From: an uncultured Rikenellaceae bacterium
GTDB lineage: Bacteria; Bacteroidota; Bacteroidia; Bacteroidales; VadinHA17
DNA length: 64,000 bases
NCBI GenBank assembly: GCA_964599235.1
Contig: CAZRDX010000007.1
Location: 156,941-220,940, forward strand
Direction of reading: 5' to 3'
Of the stretch, positions 1 to 10,200 are shown piece by piece (within the stretch, counting starts at the first letter, position 1; every line of letters begins with the position of its first letter). A program made the position numbers and the translations under genes. The notes below the pieces were generated by a model, which made no database searches, had not been told where the DNA came from, and worked only from the letters and a program-made list of their open reading frames with translations.

Positions 1-2
1 TC

Positions 3-980
3 AATCCCGAGATACACGAACCCAACGGATACAAGGTGGGCATCATCGGTGCCGGCCCCTCGGGCCTGACCGCCGCCTATTATCTGGCGCTGCGCGGCTT
101 CGACTGCACCATTTACGAAGCCAACCCCAAAGCAGGCGGGATGACGATGTACGGGATCCCCAAATACCGCTTCCCCGAGGAGAGCCTCGACAAGCAGATC
201 GAATACATCCAGAAGATAGGTGTCAAGATCCACTTCAACACCAAGGTGGGCAAAGACATCTCCTTCAAGGAGATCTACGAGAAGTACGATGCCGTCTTCG
301 TAGGTGTCGGCTTCCCCAAACCCTGGACGCTGGGTGTCGAGGGCGAGGAGCTGAAGGGTTCGATCCAGGCGGTCAACTTCCTCTACGAGATCAACAACGG
401 CAAGCAGGTGGACGTGGGCGACAAGGTGATCGTCATCGGCGGCGGCAACGTGGCCATCGATGCGGCACGTGTGTCGCGGCGTCTGGGTGCCGACGTGACG
501 ATCCTCTACCGTCGTCGTGTGCAGGACATGCCGGCCGACTGGGAAGAGATCGAAGGAGCCGAACAGGAAGGGGTGCACATCATCCCGCAGGCCATCCCCG
601 TCAAGTTCCACGGCGACGAGCGCGGGCATGTCAAGGCGGTGGAATACCTCAAGGCCGAGATGGTCCCCGACGAGAAGGGAGGCCGTCCGCGTCCCGTGCC
701 CATCGAGGGCAGCAATACGATCATCGAGGCTACGGCCGTCCTGGGCGCTATCGGACAGCAGGGCGACTACAGCTTCCTGGAAGGGGAGTTCGCCGAGCGT
801 ATCAAGATCGAGCGGGGACGTTTCGTCGTCAACGAGAAGCAACAGACCACCGATCCCAAGGTGTTCGCCGGCGGCGACGCGGCCAACCGCACCGCCGACG
901 CCATCAGCGCCATCGCCGACGGCTACCGTGCCGTCAAAGGCATCGAGGAGATGCTGCTCGGAAAGGCGCGGAAAGCATAA
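3..980 (+). CDS. FAD/NAD(P)-dependent oxidoreductase, GltD/SudA(NfnA)-like; 5'-truncated by the window edge
   Basis: Frame is open from base 3 (NPEIHEPNGYKVGIIG...). Motifs: GIIGAGPSG (FAD), YGIPKYR, VIGGGNVAIDAAR (NAD(P)), YRR, VFAGGD. The Fe-S N-terminus is outside the window, so the exact enzyme cannot be named. Confidence 0.85.
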   Translation, partial: NPEIHEPNGYKVGIIGAGPSGLTAAYYLALRGFDCTIYEANPKAGGMTMYGIPKYRFPEESLDKQIEYIQKIGVKIHFNTKVGKDISFKEIYEKYDAVFVGVGFPKPWTLGVEGEELKGSIQAVNFLYEINNGKQVDVGDKVIVIGGGNVAIDAARVSRRLGADVTILYRRRVQDMPADWEEIEGAEQEGVHIIPQAIPVKFHGDERGHVKAVEYLKAEMVPDEKGGRPRPVPIEGSNTIIEATAVLGAIGQQGDYSFLEGEFAERIKIERGRFVVNEKQQTTDPKVFAGGDAANRTADAISAIADGYRAVKGIEEMLLGKARKA

Positions 981-1055
981 CGTCCTCGCCCGGCGGCAAC
1001 CACCGCCAGACGAACATAATGTAATCAACTCTATTTCAGACACATATACAGAATC

Positions 1056-1087
1056 CTACGTAGGTTTCTACGTAGGATTCTACGTAG
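1056..1087. repeat. Triad of CTACGTAG palindromes at 12-bp period (site 1)
   Basis: CTACGTAG at 1056-1063, 1068-1075 and 1080-1087. Bases 1051-1063 and 1068-1080 also form a 13-bp perfect inverted repeat. AT-rich gap between convergent genes. Confidence 0.95.
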
Positions 1088-1144
1088 TATAAACAATACA
1101 TTCGATTGAGTATCAACCAATAATCAATACAGTAAACAAGGATT

Positions 1145-1176
1145 TTGGACATCACCTTGCAACAAGTAATGTCCAA
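1145..1176. terminator. Possible stem-loop between convergent genes
   Basis: TTGGACAT...ATGTCCAA arms with an inner CTTG/CAAG pair; no clear adjacent U-tract. Confidence 0.35.
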
Positions 1177-1238
1177 GCCCTTTTCTGTTCATTGGCTGTC
1201 AGTTGTATACGAAGAGATTATCCCTGTCCTGTTCTCTC

Positions 1239-2420
1239 TCACTCCAATCCCAGAGCTTTCATCATGATGTAAAAGATCCCGGTGTTGTCATGGATGCCGC
1301 TGAGGCTGCAGGCTCCGGGACCGAAAGCGAAGACCGGCACCATTACGGCGGTATGGTTGGTGGAGGTGTAGCGTGTGACGACACTGTCGGCCCGGATGCT
1401 GCCGCCGTTGATGGTGAGGCCACCCGTCTCATGGTCGGCGGTGATGATGACGAGGGTATGGCCGTCGTGTGCTGCGAACTCGAGGGCTTTGCCTATGGCG
1501 CGGTCGAAATCCAGCATCTCGGTCACGAGATAGGGGGTATGGTTGTTGTGTCCGGCCCAATCGATCTGCGATCCTTCGACCATGAGGAAGAAGCCTTTCC
1601 TGTTGCGGCTAAGCATCTCGATGGCCAGTTCGGTGGCCTGAGGCAGGTAATCACCGCGGCCCAGGGCATAGGGCGGCAGATGGCCTTCGTCAACCAGGGC
1701 TGCAAGCTTGCGGTTGCGATCGGCATATTGCAGCGAATCGGGACGGGTGATCACCTGGTAACCTTTGTGTTTCAGTTCGGACACCAGGTTGCGGCCGTCG
1801 CGGCGTTGGACGAACTCCTTCAGGCCGCCGCCTATGAAGAGGTCTATATCGGTATCCAGAAACTGGGCTGCGATCTCCTCGTACATGCTTCTCCGTGGCA
1901 CATGGGCAATGAAACTGGCCGGAGTGGCATGCTCGATCTTACATGTGACCACCATTCCGGTGGCCAGTCCCTGTTCCGCAGCCTTTTCGAGGATGCTCCT
2001 GACCGGTCGGAGATCACTGTCCATGCCCAGCACGCCGTTGTTGGTCTTGTGGCCCGTGGCCAGAGCTGTGCCTCCGGCGGCCGAATCGGTGATGAGCGAG
2101 GAGGCCGACCAGGTCTCCGAGAAACCGCTCACCGGACAGTTGTTCAGCCACAGTCTTCCTCCGTTGGCCACCATCGCAGCATAGACATGGGCCACCCCCA
2201 TCCCGTCACCAATCATCAGGATCACGTTCCGCACCTTCGTCCTGTCACAAGGTGCCGGCACAACCAGCTGCGGCACCCCGTACGGCTGAGGATGCCGGTA
2301 AACCAGCGTATCCGTGTATTTCCCCGTAACTGTGGGATAGTTCCACTTCTGCTGCGCCGCAACAGGCAAAAGCAGCAGGAACATCAGCAGGAAACCAAAC
2401 AAACGTCTCGTCGTTCTCAT
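1239..2420 (-). CDS. Alkaline phosphatase (PhoA family), secreted
   Basis: Signal peptide MRTTRRLFGFLLMFLLLLPVAAQ; motifs NVILMIGDGMG, TDSAAGGTALATG (Ser nucleophile), HATPA, FFLMVEGSQIDWAGH, TADHETGG. Start moved from the ORF-track 2774 to the ATG at 2420. Confidence 0.92.
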   Translation of the reverse strand: MRTTRRLFGFLLMFLLLLPVAAQQKWNYPTVTGKYTDTLVYRHPQPYGVPQLVVPAPCDRTKVRNVILMIGDGMGVAHVYAAMVANGGRLWLNNCPVSGFSETWSASSLITDSAAGGTALATGHKTNNGVLGMDSDLRPVRSILEKAAEQGLATGMVVTCKIEHATPASFIAHVPRRSMYEEIAAQFLDTDIDLFIGGGLKEFVQRRDGRNLVSELKHKGYQVITRPDSLQYADRNRKLAALVDEGHLPPYALGRGDYLPQATELAIEMLSRNRKGFFLMVEGSQIDWAGHNNHTPYLVTEMLDFDRAIGKALEFAAHDGHTLVIITADHETGGLTINGGSIRADSVVTRYTSTNHTAVMVPVFAFGPGACSLSGIHDNTGIFYIMMKALGLE

Positions 2421-2572
2421 CTTCTTTTTTTTCGGTTGAGAAACAAAAATACACCTTTCCTGCTGAAATGAAAAAGTCCCTATGGCCCCCTTTCCTTTGT
2501 CTTCCTGACTTTCTGTCAGGAGCCATGGCGAGGGAACATTTTTTGCTGAACATTCCGTGTCGCGGAAATGGC

Positions 2573-2580
2573 TATCTTTG
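2573..2580 (+). promoter_or_regulatory. Bacteroidota primary-sigma -7 box (TATCTTTG)
   Basis: Exact TAnnTTTG match 44 bp upstream of the 2625 ORF. Confidence 0.6.
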
Positions 2581-2624
2581 CCGCGTAAAACAATAAAAGT
2601 ACATTCATTAACATTCACAACATC

Positions 2625-2960
2625 ATGGTAGAACTGATCATCAAGAATCTGAACGAAGTAGAAGAACCTTTTCATCCGGAAATCGAACGGCTTGCCCGGG
2701 AGAAGAGCAAATTCTTCAAAGAGCTTTTCAAAAAGTATGACAAGGACATGGTTCTGGAGGTGATCTTCGATCACTCTTCAGCCGTTTATAAGGTGACCGC
2801 CTCGCTTAACCTGAAGAGCAAGAAAGTGCTGGTGGTGGAGGAGGGAAAGGATGTGGTCGTGGCCACCACCAACGCCTTCAACGCTCTGAAAAAAGCCGTA
2901 AAGAAGCAGTATGAGCTGGAGAAAAAGGAATACGAGTACAAGCGTAAGAACAGAAAATGA
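2625..2960 (+). CDS. HPF/RaiA-like (ribosome hibernation / sigma-54 modulation fold) small basic protein
   Basis: 111 aa; beta-alpha-beta-beta-beta-alpha-like pattern ending ATTNAFNALKKAVKKQ with a Lys-rich tail; has its own promoter and terminator. Divergent from canonical HPF. Confidence 0.5.
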   Translation: MVELIIKNLNEVEEPFHPEIERLAREKSKFFKELFKKYDKDMVLEVIFDHSSAVYKVTASLNLKSKKVLVVEEGKDVVVATTNAFNALKKAVKKQYELEKKEYEYKRKNRK

Positions 2961-2984
2961 GTTCCGTCACCGGAAAAAGGAAGG

Positions 2985-3005
2985 AGGCCCTTCGGGGCCT
3001 TTTTT
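2985..3005 (+). terminator. Rho-independent terminator
   Basis: AGGCCC-TTCG-GGGCCT followed by TTTTT. Confidence 0.85.
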
Positions 3006-3050
3006 ATTTGCCGCGAAACTGATATCTTTCGGTAAAAAGCCACCGTCCGC

Positions 3051-3605
3051 ATGAAACAGAGTTCACGTTACCTGATCATTGCCCTGGCCACCTTCCTGGC
3101 GGGGTATCTTTTTTTGAGACTGGCCTACTATGATACGGGCCAGATGCCTTTCGTCCAGGAACTGGTTCTTATCATCCTCGGGACCATTGTGACCATGGCC
3201 ATCACCGCCGCCCTGCTGAACAAACAGAGCGAGGTGGAACTGGAAAAGGAACAAAGGGTCAAGGTGTTCGACATCAAATCCGACCTTTATCTCAACCTGA
3301 TCAATTTCATCGAAAAGATCATCCTCAAGGGAGAGATCAACCACAACGACCTGATCTCGCTGGAGTTCCTCACACACAAGATCTCCATTATTGCCAGCAA
3401 GGAGGTTCTGTACGAATATTCCAAGTTCATCGACATTGTCAAGAAGGTGTCGCGGGAGGCGGAGATCACCCCTCTGGAGTCGGACGAGCTGTCGCTGAGT
3501 CTGGCACGGCTGTGCGGCAAGATACGTTACGATCTGATCATGGACGAAGACGAAAAACGGGAGGCCATCGCGGGACTGATCGAGGACAACATCGAGAAGA
3601 TCTGA
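3051..3605 (+). CDS. Hypothetical membrane protein (two N-terminal TM helices, helical C-terminal domain)
   Basis: 184 aa with host-like codon usage; hydrophobic stretches YLIIALATFLAGYLFL and LVLIILGTIVTMAITAALL. Confidence 0.7.
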   Translation: MKQSSRYLIIALATFLAGYLFLRLAYYDTGQMPFVQELVLIILGTIVTMAITAALLNKQSEVELEKEQRVKVFDIKSDLYLNLINFIEKIILKGEINHNDLISLEFLTHKISIIASKEVLYEYSKFIDIVKKVSREAEITPLESDELSLSLARLCGKIRYDLIMDEDEKREAIAGLIEDNIEKI

Positions 3606-3646
3606 ACCTATTACAGGCCTGCAGGCCCACGTAAAACCAACCAAAA

Positions 3647-5785
3647 ATGATCACTGCCATGATGAAGCGAGCTAGTCTTTTCTTGCTCCTGGTGTTCCTG
3701 CCGGGGTTTCTGTTCCCTGCGCGGGGTGCCGGGGAAGGGTCTTTCACGATGGCGCAGGTGCTTTCTTTTCCTTTCCCCACGGATGTGGCGACGGCTGCCC
3801 GTGCGCCGCGGGGTGTCTGGAGCATCCGTCTCCGGGGTGTCCGCAATCTGTATGTCACGGAGGCTCCCGGCTTTACGCTGCGTCAGCTCACGCATTATGA
3901 CGAGGATGACGGTCAGGAGTTCAGTAGTGTGCAGCTCTCAGCCGACGGCCGGTGGGTGGTGTATGTGCGGGGAGGTGAACCGGACGGCAACTGGGACGAG
4001 GAGCTGCCGGTGAACCCCCGTCATTTTCCCGACCCGCCGCAGGTGGGCATCTGGAGCATCCCTTTTGAGGGGGGCACGCCGGTGCTGCTGGGCGAGGGCA
4101 CCTCGCCGGTCATCTCGCCGGCGGGTGACAGTGTCGTTTTTCTGCGGGACGGTCAGCTGTGGGGCGTACCTGTCGACGGTCATGCCCCGGCACGGCAGCT
4201 CACCCGTCTGCGGGGCATCAACGACTCGCCCCGCTGGAGCCCCGACGGACGGCATATCGCTTTCCGTTCGGTACGCGGCGACCATGCCTTCATCGGTATC
4301 TTCTCCGGCGAGAAAGAGCCGGTGGTCTGGCTCGACCCGGCCTTCTGCTACGATCTCTCCCCACGCTGGAGCCCCGACGGACGGCGTGTGGCCTTCATCC
4401 GTATCGACGGCGAGGGGGGTGAGCCCGACTCGATCCTCTCCCCCGCCCCCGTACCGTGGCGCATCATCACGGCCGATATTGTCACGGGCGAGGGACGGGA
4501 GGTATGGCGTGCCCCGGCCACGCCCCAGGGCTCCTACCCCACCACCCACGGCCGCACCAACCTGCACTGGGCCCATGGCCGCATCGTCTTTCTCTCCTAC
4601 CACGACGGCTGGCCCCATCTCTACTCCGTACCCGAGGAGGGCGGCAAAGCCCTTCTCCTCACGCCGGGATCTTTCATGGCCGAATACATCTCCATGAGCA
4701 GCGACGGGCGTGAGCTTTACTTTGCCTGCAACACCGGCCCCGACAGCCTCGACCTGGAACGGCGCCACATCGCCCGTGTGCCGGTAGACCGGCCGGCCAT
4801 GGAGGTGATCACCCCCGGCACCGGCCTGGAATGGAAACCGTTCCGTCTGGGTGAGAGCCGCTGGCTCCTCTACGTCAGTGCCACCGCCCGGCGTCCTCCC
4901 GTGATGGCGGTGATGGACCTGAAGAAAAAGAAAGAGCAGCTCCTGACCCGCGATCTTATCCCGCAGGATTTTCCGGAGAAAGAGCTGGTCGTCCCCACGG
5001 CGGTCTCCTTCCGTGCCTCCGACGGCGTGACGGTGCATGCCGATCTGTTCATGCCGCAGGACGGCAGGAAAAAGCATCCCGCGGTCATTTTTGTCCACGG
5101 GGGGCCTCCGCGTCAGATGCTGCTGGGATGGCACTACTCCTCGTATTATTCCAATGCCTATGCCGTGAACCAGTACCTGGTGAGCCGCGGCTTCGTGGTG
5201 CTCTCGGTGAACTACCGTCTGGGCATCGGATATGGCTGGGCGTTCCATCATCCCCGTCATGCGGGGCCCAAGGGGGCCAGCGAGTACCGCGACATCGAGG
5301 CGGCGGGGCGCTGGCTAGCCGCTCAACCTTTTGTGGACGCCCGGCACATCGGTATCTACGGCGGCTCGTACGGGGGTTACCTCACCGCCCTGGCGCTGGC
5401 CCGCAACAGCGATCTTTTCGCCGCCGGAGTGGATATCTCAGGCGTACACGACCGCAGCATAGGCCGGTGGAAGAACTACCTTTTCCCCGAGAGCTACCAG
5501 AAGGCCCCCGATGCCGAGGAGGCAGCCCGCACCACCTGGACCTCTTCCCCCACCGCTTCGATGGTGGGATGGCGTTCGCCCGTGCTGGTGATCCATGCCG
5601 ATGACGACCGCAATGTACCTTTTTCCCAGTCGACCGATCTGGTACAACGGCTCATCCGTTACGGCATCCCGCACGAGACCCTTGTCATCCCCGACGACAC
5701 CCACCATTTTCTGCTGCACCGCAACCAGCTGCGCGTCGACGAGGCCACCGCCGACTTCCTGATCAGGCATTTGAAGACCCAATGA
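3647..5785 (+). CDS. S9 family serine peptidase (prolyl oligopeptidase-like) with PD40/TolB-type beta-propeller
   Basis: Signal peptide; repeated (S)PRWSPDGR units; VHGGP, GIYGGSYGGY (nucleophile), DDRNV (Asp), DDTHH (His). Confidence 0.92.
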   Translation: MITAMMKRASLFLLLVFLPGFLFPARGAGEGSFTMAQVLSFPFPTDVATAARAPRGVWSIRLRGVRNLYVTEAPGFTLRQLTHYDEDDGQEFSSVQLSADGRWVVYVRGGEPDGNWDEELPVNPRHFPDPPQVGIWSIPFEGGTPVLLGEGTSPVISPAGDSVVFLRDGQLWGVPVDGHAPARQLTRLRGINDSPRWSPDGRHIAFRSVRGDHAFIGIFSGEKEPVVWLDPAFCYDLSPRWSPDGRRVAFIRIDGEGGEPDSILSPAPVPWRIITADIVTGEGREVWRAPATPQGSYPTTHGRTNLHWAHGRIVFLSYHDGWPHLYSVPEEGGKALLLTPGSFMAEYISMSSDGRELYFACNTGPDSLDLERRHIARVPVDRPAMEVITPGTGLEWKPFRLGESRWLLYVSATARRPPVMAVMDLKKKKEQLLTRDLIPQDFPEKELVVPTAVSFRASDGVTVHADLFMPQDGRKKHPAVIFVHGGPPRQMLLGWHYSSYYSNAYAVNQYLVSRGFVVLSVNYRLGIGYGWAFHHPRHAGPKGASEYRDIEAAGRWLAAQPFVDARHIGIYGGSYGGYLTALALARNSDLFAAGVDISGVHDRSIGRWKNYLFPESYQKAPDAEEAARTTWTSSPTASMVGWRSPVLVIHADDDRNVPFSQSTDLVQRLIRYGIPHETLVIPDDTHHFLLHRNQLRVDEATADFLIRHLKTQ

Positions 5786-5819
5786 GCACGGCCCCTGCAG
5801 CATGCTCCATAACCACAAA

Positions 5820-5849
5820 AAGAAAGGACAGCCGCGGCTGTCCTTTCTT
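5820..5849. terminator. Bidirectional terminator (30-bp perfect palindrome)
   Basis: AAGAAAGGACAGCCGCGGCTGTCCTTTCTT between the convergent S9 peptidase and SusD genes. Confidence 0.85.
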
Positions 5850-5872
5850 CGTTCCTGTAATGCCTGTCTCTT

Positions 5873-7234
5873 TCAGATAGCAGGATCAGGCGGACAATTG
5901 GGGTTGTTGTTACGCTCGTCGTAAGGATAGGGATAATAGTTCCTGTTCCTTTCGCTGAGGATGTCTTTGTCAGGGCTGGGGGTAAAGGAGCTGTGGATCC
6001 TGCGACTGTCCTCGAGACGCTGACCGCTCATGAAGAGCTCTATGCAGCGCTGGATGTAGATCTCATCGAGGACAGCCTGTTGGTTGGTGGCATCGCCGCC
6101 CCAGGGCCCCAGCCCGGCATTCACGCCGAAGACATCGTCGGTCTTGGTACGCACCAGGTCGATCTGCTGCACGGCCTGGATAAGATGTCCCATCCGGGCA
6201 TGCGCCTCCGCCTTGACAAGGAGCATCTCACCGGGGAGGTAGACGGGGATCTTCGAGTCGGGTGTCCCCCAGAAACCCAAAAGGTTATGAACTTCGAAAC
6301 CACCGAACTCCGGCAGGGCATATTCATGCACCGTGGTATCCATATAGAAGGTAAGCCTTCCGTCGCCATCTTCCAGCACATACTCCTCATAACCGTTGCC
6401 GTTGTCAACCATGATGCCGAAGTTATGACGAGGTTTGGTATCGGGCTCGCCATCCACTGCAAAGACATAGACAGGGTTCTTGTTCTCGCTGGCATCGTAC
6501 CACCATTGCGACATCGAGGTAAGGTCCACCTGGTCGGCAAAACCGATGGCCTGATCGTAGTTGCCCAGGTAAAGGCTGTAGCGTGCGAGATAGGCCAGGA
6601 TGGAGTTGTACAGGTCGATGGTAGGGATCACTTTGTTCTGGAACTCTTCCGAGACGGGGTCCTGTTGGATGAGGTGGAGTGCTTCCTGGAGGAGGCTGAC
6701 CGCCTCGGTAAGGTTAGCCTGTCGGTCGCTGAATTCCACGTCGACGCCGTTCATCAGGGGCGCCTGCTCGAAGTCCATCACCAGGTAGCCCAGGGTGAGG
6801 GCCTTCATGAAACGTGCGAGGGCGGCGATGCCGCTTTTGGTGCCGGCGGGCATCTCGACCGCATCGACGCTGGCGATGATGTTCTCGGCCATGCCCTTGT
6901 CGCGCAACAGGCGGCTCCACAGACGCGAGACCCCGGCGTTCTCGCCACTGAGGGCGGTACCGCCGTAAGTGAGTTCCATGGGCGTCACATAGGTACTCGA
7001 GACACCGAACTCACGCGTCGTGATCCCCGGCACCTCGACGATAGGGGAAAGTGTGGAAGTGGTGAAATGCTGTACCAGACCAATGCTGGCCGCCATCAGA
7101 CCGTCCTTGTCCCGGAAGATCTGATCATCGCTCGGCGCATTGATGTTCTGGAAGTCTTTCTCACAGGAGGTCAGCAACACCCCTGCCAGAAAAACGATCG
7201 AAGTAATTCGTATGATCTTTTTCATCTTTTTCAT
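5873..7234 (-). CDS. SusD/RagB family outer-membrane lipoprotein
   Basis: Lipobox LLTSC; EMLLVKAEAHAR and QRCIELFMSGQRLEDSRR SusD-type C-terminal motifs; directly follows SusC. Confidence 0.9.
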   Translation of the reverse strand: MKKMKKIIRITSIVFLAGVLLTSCEKDFQNINAPSDDQIFRDKDGLMAASIGLVQHFTTSTLSPIVEVPGITTREFGVSSTYVTPMELTYGGTALSGENAGVSRLWSRLLRDKGMAENIIASVDAVEMPAGTKSGIAALARFMKALTLGYLVMDFEQAPLMNGVDVEFSDRQANLTEAVSLLQEALHLIQQDPVSEEFQNKVIPTIDLYNSILAYLARYSLYLGNYDQAIGFADQVDLTSMSQWWYDASENKNPVYVFAVDGEPDTKPRHNFGIMVDNGNGYEEYVLEDGDGRLTFYMDTTVHEYALPEFGGFEVHNLLGFWGTPDSKIPVYLPGEMLLVKAEAHARMGHLIQAVQQIDLVRTKTDDVFGVNAGLGPWGGDATNQQAVLDEIYIQRCIELFMSGQRLEDSRRIHSSFTPSPDKDILSERNRNYYPYPYDERNNNPNCPPDPAI

Positions 7235-7255
7235 GGTTTTTTAGTAGGGGTTTGA

Positions 7256-10200
7256 TCAAAAATGAGCCGTTACGCCGAACCTGTAGACACGCGGGATGGG
7301 CACGTTGGCCATGTCCTGTCCCCGCACACCGTTGCTCTGGCCTTCGGTATTGACCTCTGGATCGAAACCGTAGTAGTTGTCCCACGAGACAAGGTTGGTC
7401 CCGCTGAGTGTGAACTTCAGGTCATCGATCCAGGAGGTCTTGAGCTTGAGGTCATAACTGAGTGAGAGCTCACGCAATTTGACGAACGATCCGTCCTCGA
7501 TGAATGATTCGTAGATGAAGAACTTGGGGAAGGAGCTTCCTTTGGGGATCTCGCCACGCAGTTCTTTGGCCGTGGCCTCGCCGCCGGGGAAGAGATCGAA
7601 CATTCGTTTGTCCCAGCTCATCACATTGTAACCCTGCACCATATCGATCTTGACGAAGAGAGTAAAAGCCTTGTAACGGAACTGATTGGATAGGGAGCCG
7701 ATCCATTTGGGATTGGGATCGCCGATGATCTTCTTGAGGTTGATCCCGGTAGGTTGTCCGGTAACGGGGTCGTAGTCCTGGACGGCCACGGGGATGGTCT
7801 CTCCGTCGGGGAGGGTTTTCATCTCGTAGTGTCCTTTGGCGCGCTGGACGAATCCGTTCTCGTCAAGCAGGAGTGTGCCGTCGGGGTTACGTGCATAGAA
7901 ATAACCGTAGAAGATACCCAGCGGCTGTCCCGACTGAGCGATGGAAGTGCCCCACATGCCCAGGTCGATCTTGCCACCCACGACATGGGTCACCTCGTTG
8001 TGGTTCTGGCTGAAGGTAGCGGTGATGTCCCAGGAGAAAGATTTTCCGGCCACCGGTTTGCCACGGAGCATCAGTTCCCAGCCCTGATTGGTCATGGTCC
8101 CTACGTTCTCATAACGGTTGCCGAATCCGGTGGAGGGAGCCAGGCTGCGCAGCAGGAGCAGATCTTCGATATCCTGCTTGTACCAGGAGAACTCGATACC
8201 GAGACGGTTGCTGAGAAGGCCCATGTCGAATCCGGCCTCCAGCTCGGTCTGTCTCTCCGGCCTCAGGTCGGAATTACCTGAGGTGGTCGGAGCCACCAGA
8301 CCGGTCTGGCCGTTGATGGGGGCCAGATTGTAACTGGTATAGATGGAATAAGGTGCCAGAGCGGTGAGGTTACCGGCCTGTCCCCAGGAGAGCCGCAGCT
8401 TGAACAGATCAACGAAGGATCCCAGTGAATTCTTGAAGAAATCTTCCTCCGACATCAGGTAAGAGGCAGAGGCTTTGGGATAGAACTGGTTGCGTTCCTC
8501 TTTCCCAAAGGTGGAAGCACCATCGATACGACCTGCCAGTGTGAAGAACAGCTTCTCCCTGACACCGATGGTCTCCTGCAGGTAACCACCCCAGATGGAA
8601 CGCTGCGTACGGTAATCCGAGCGGCCGGTCACCGTGCCGGCATCGGTCACCTTCGACACCGGACCCAGATGATTGGTTCGGATGGCAAAATACTGCGACT
8701 CATCATACTGGTAGGTATATCCCGCCCCGGTGACCGACTTGATGGAGGGAGAGATCTGCACGGTGTAAGAAGCGCTCAGGTCGGAGTTGAGCATCGTGGT
8801 GTTCATGGTGGCTTTTTCCGAAACGCCATAAGGTTTGGTATTGAACCCCACGGGGATATAAAGCCTGCCGTCGTTGAAAGCATGGTCGTAACCCAGCACA
8901 TAGTTGATGTTGAGCCCTTTGAGGGGGGTGATCTTCAGCTGCACATCACTGATAGAGCGTGTGTTGGTCCGGGGAGCTTCGATACGGTCGACCGCCTCGT
9001 AAGGGTTGGCCATCCAGCCGATGGAAGGATAGACACCGTCGACGGGGCGCGGATCTTTCACGTTGTCGGCGAAGAGCAGACTGGTGATGGGCCCGTAGTT
9101 CTTGCCATTCGGCATCTCATGAGCGTTGTTCCGCGAGACCATCGTACCCACCGATACCGACATCCATCGGGTGAGCGTCTGGTCGAGACGTACCCGGAAA
9201 TTGTAGCGGCTGAAGTCGGTATTGCGAAGGATACCACCGTTGTAATATTGCGAACCGGAGATTATGTATTTGGTGTTGCCCTGTCCTCCGGATACCGAGA
9301 GGTAGTTTTCCGTACCGTAGGCTTTGGTGAAGATGTAAGCCTGGTAGTTGTACCGTGTGGCGGGGATGGTCTGTGTGGGATTGTCGGGGTCCCACATCAG
9401 CTGGGCATCGTTCCACGGCAGATATTTGCGGATCTCGTTCATGTTGACACTCGAGGAGAAGGTGATACTGGGTTTGCCGCTTTGTCCTCTTTTGGTAAAG
9501 ATCTGGACCACGCCGTTGCTGGCGCGCGAGCCATAGATGGCAGCGGCGGCCGCACCTTTGAGCACCTCGATATGGTCGATCTCGTTGGGATCGATGTCGA
9601 CCAGGCGGTTCTGTGAATAACCTCCGAGGTTGATGAGCTGTGTTGAGTTGTTGTTGACGATGACCCCGTCGATGATGTAGAGGGGGTCGGAGCTGCCGAC
9701 GACGGTGCTGGCACCGCGCAGTCGTACGGAGACGCCGCCGGCGGGGTTGCCTGAATTGCGCATCACGAGCGCACCAGCCACATTGCCCTGCAGCGCCTGA
9801 TCGATACTCAGATGACCGGCCTGGCCCAGATCCTCACGGTCAACCGTGGAGATGGAATTGCCCAGCTGGCTCTTCTTGGTGAAGCCGGAGACGCCGGTGA
9901 CCACCACCTCATTGAGACGGGTGACATCGGTGGACAATGCCACATCCAGGGTTATCGTGGCAGCGCTGCCCAGCTCAACCTCTTTTTCTTCGGTCTTATA
10001 CCCCACAGAGCTGAAGACCACCTTGTAGGTACCCGGCTGCAGCCTGAGGGTCAAGGTGTAATGCCCGTTCATGTCGGTCGCCGTCCCCAGATTGGTGTTG
10101 GCGACCATCACCGTCACACCCGGGATAGGTTCTTCGTTACCCGCATCGGTCACGGTACCCTCCAGGGTGTACGTCACTCCTCCTGTGGTCTGCCCCGCAA

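Noticed and set aside
2420-2774. Extended N-termini given by the ORF track (phosphatase 2774, GntR 10470, AraC 11706, maeB 42176, ABC ATPase 59520)
   Set aside because: The extensions run through promoter or AT-rich DNA or overlap other genes; downstream starts give proper signal peptides or domain boundaries.
5820-5849. Shared CCGCGG centre in two perfect-palindrome terminators (5820-5849 and 38845-38868) as a REP-like family
   Set aside because: The arms are unrelated; a common GC tetraloop in ordinary terminators explains it.
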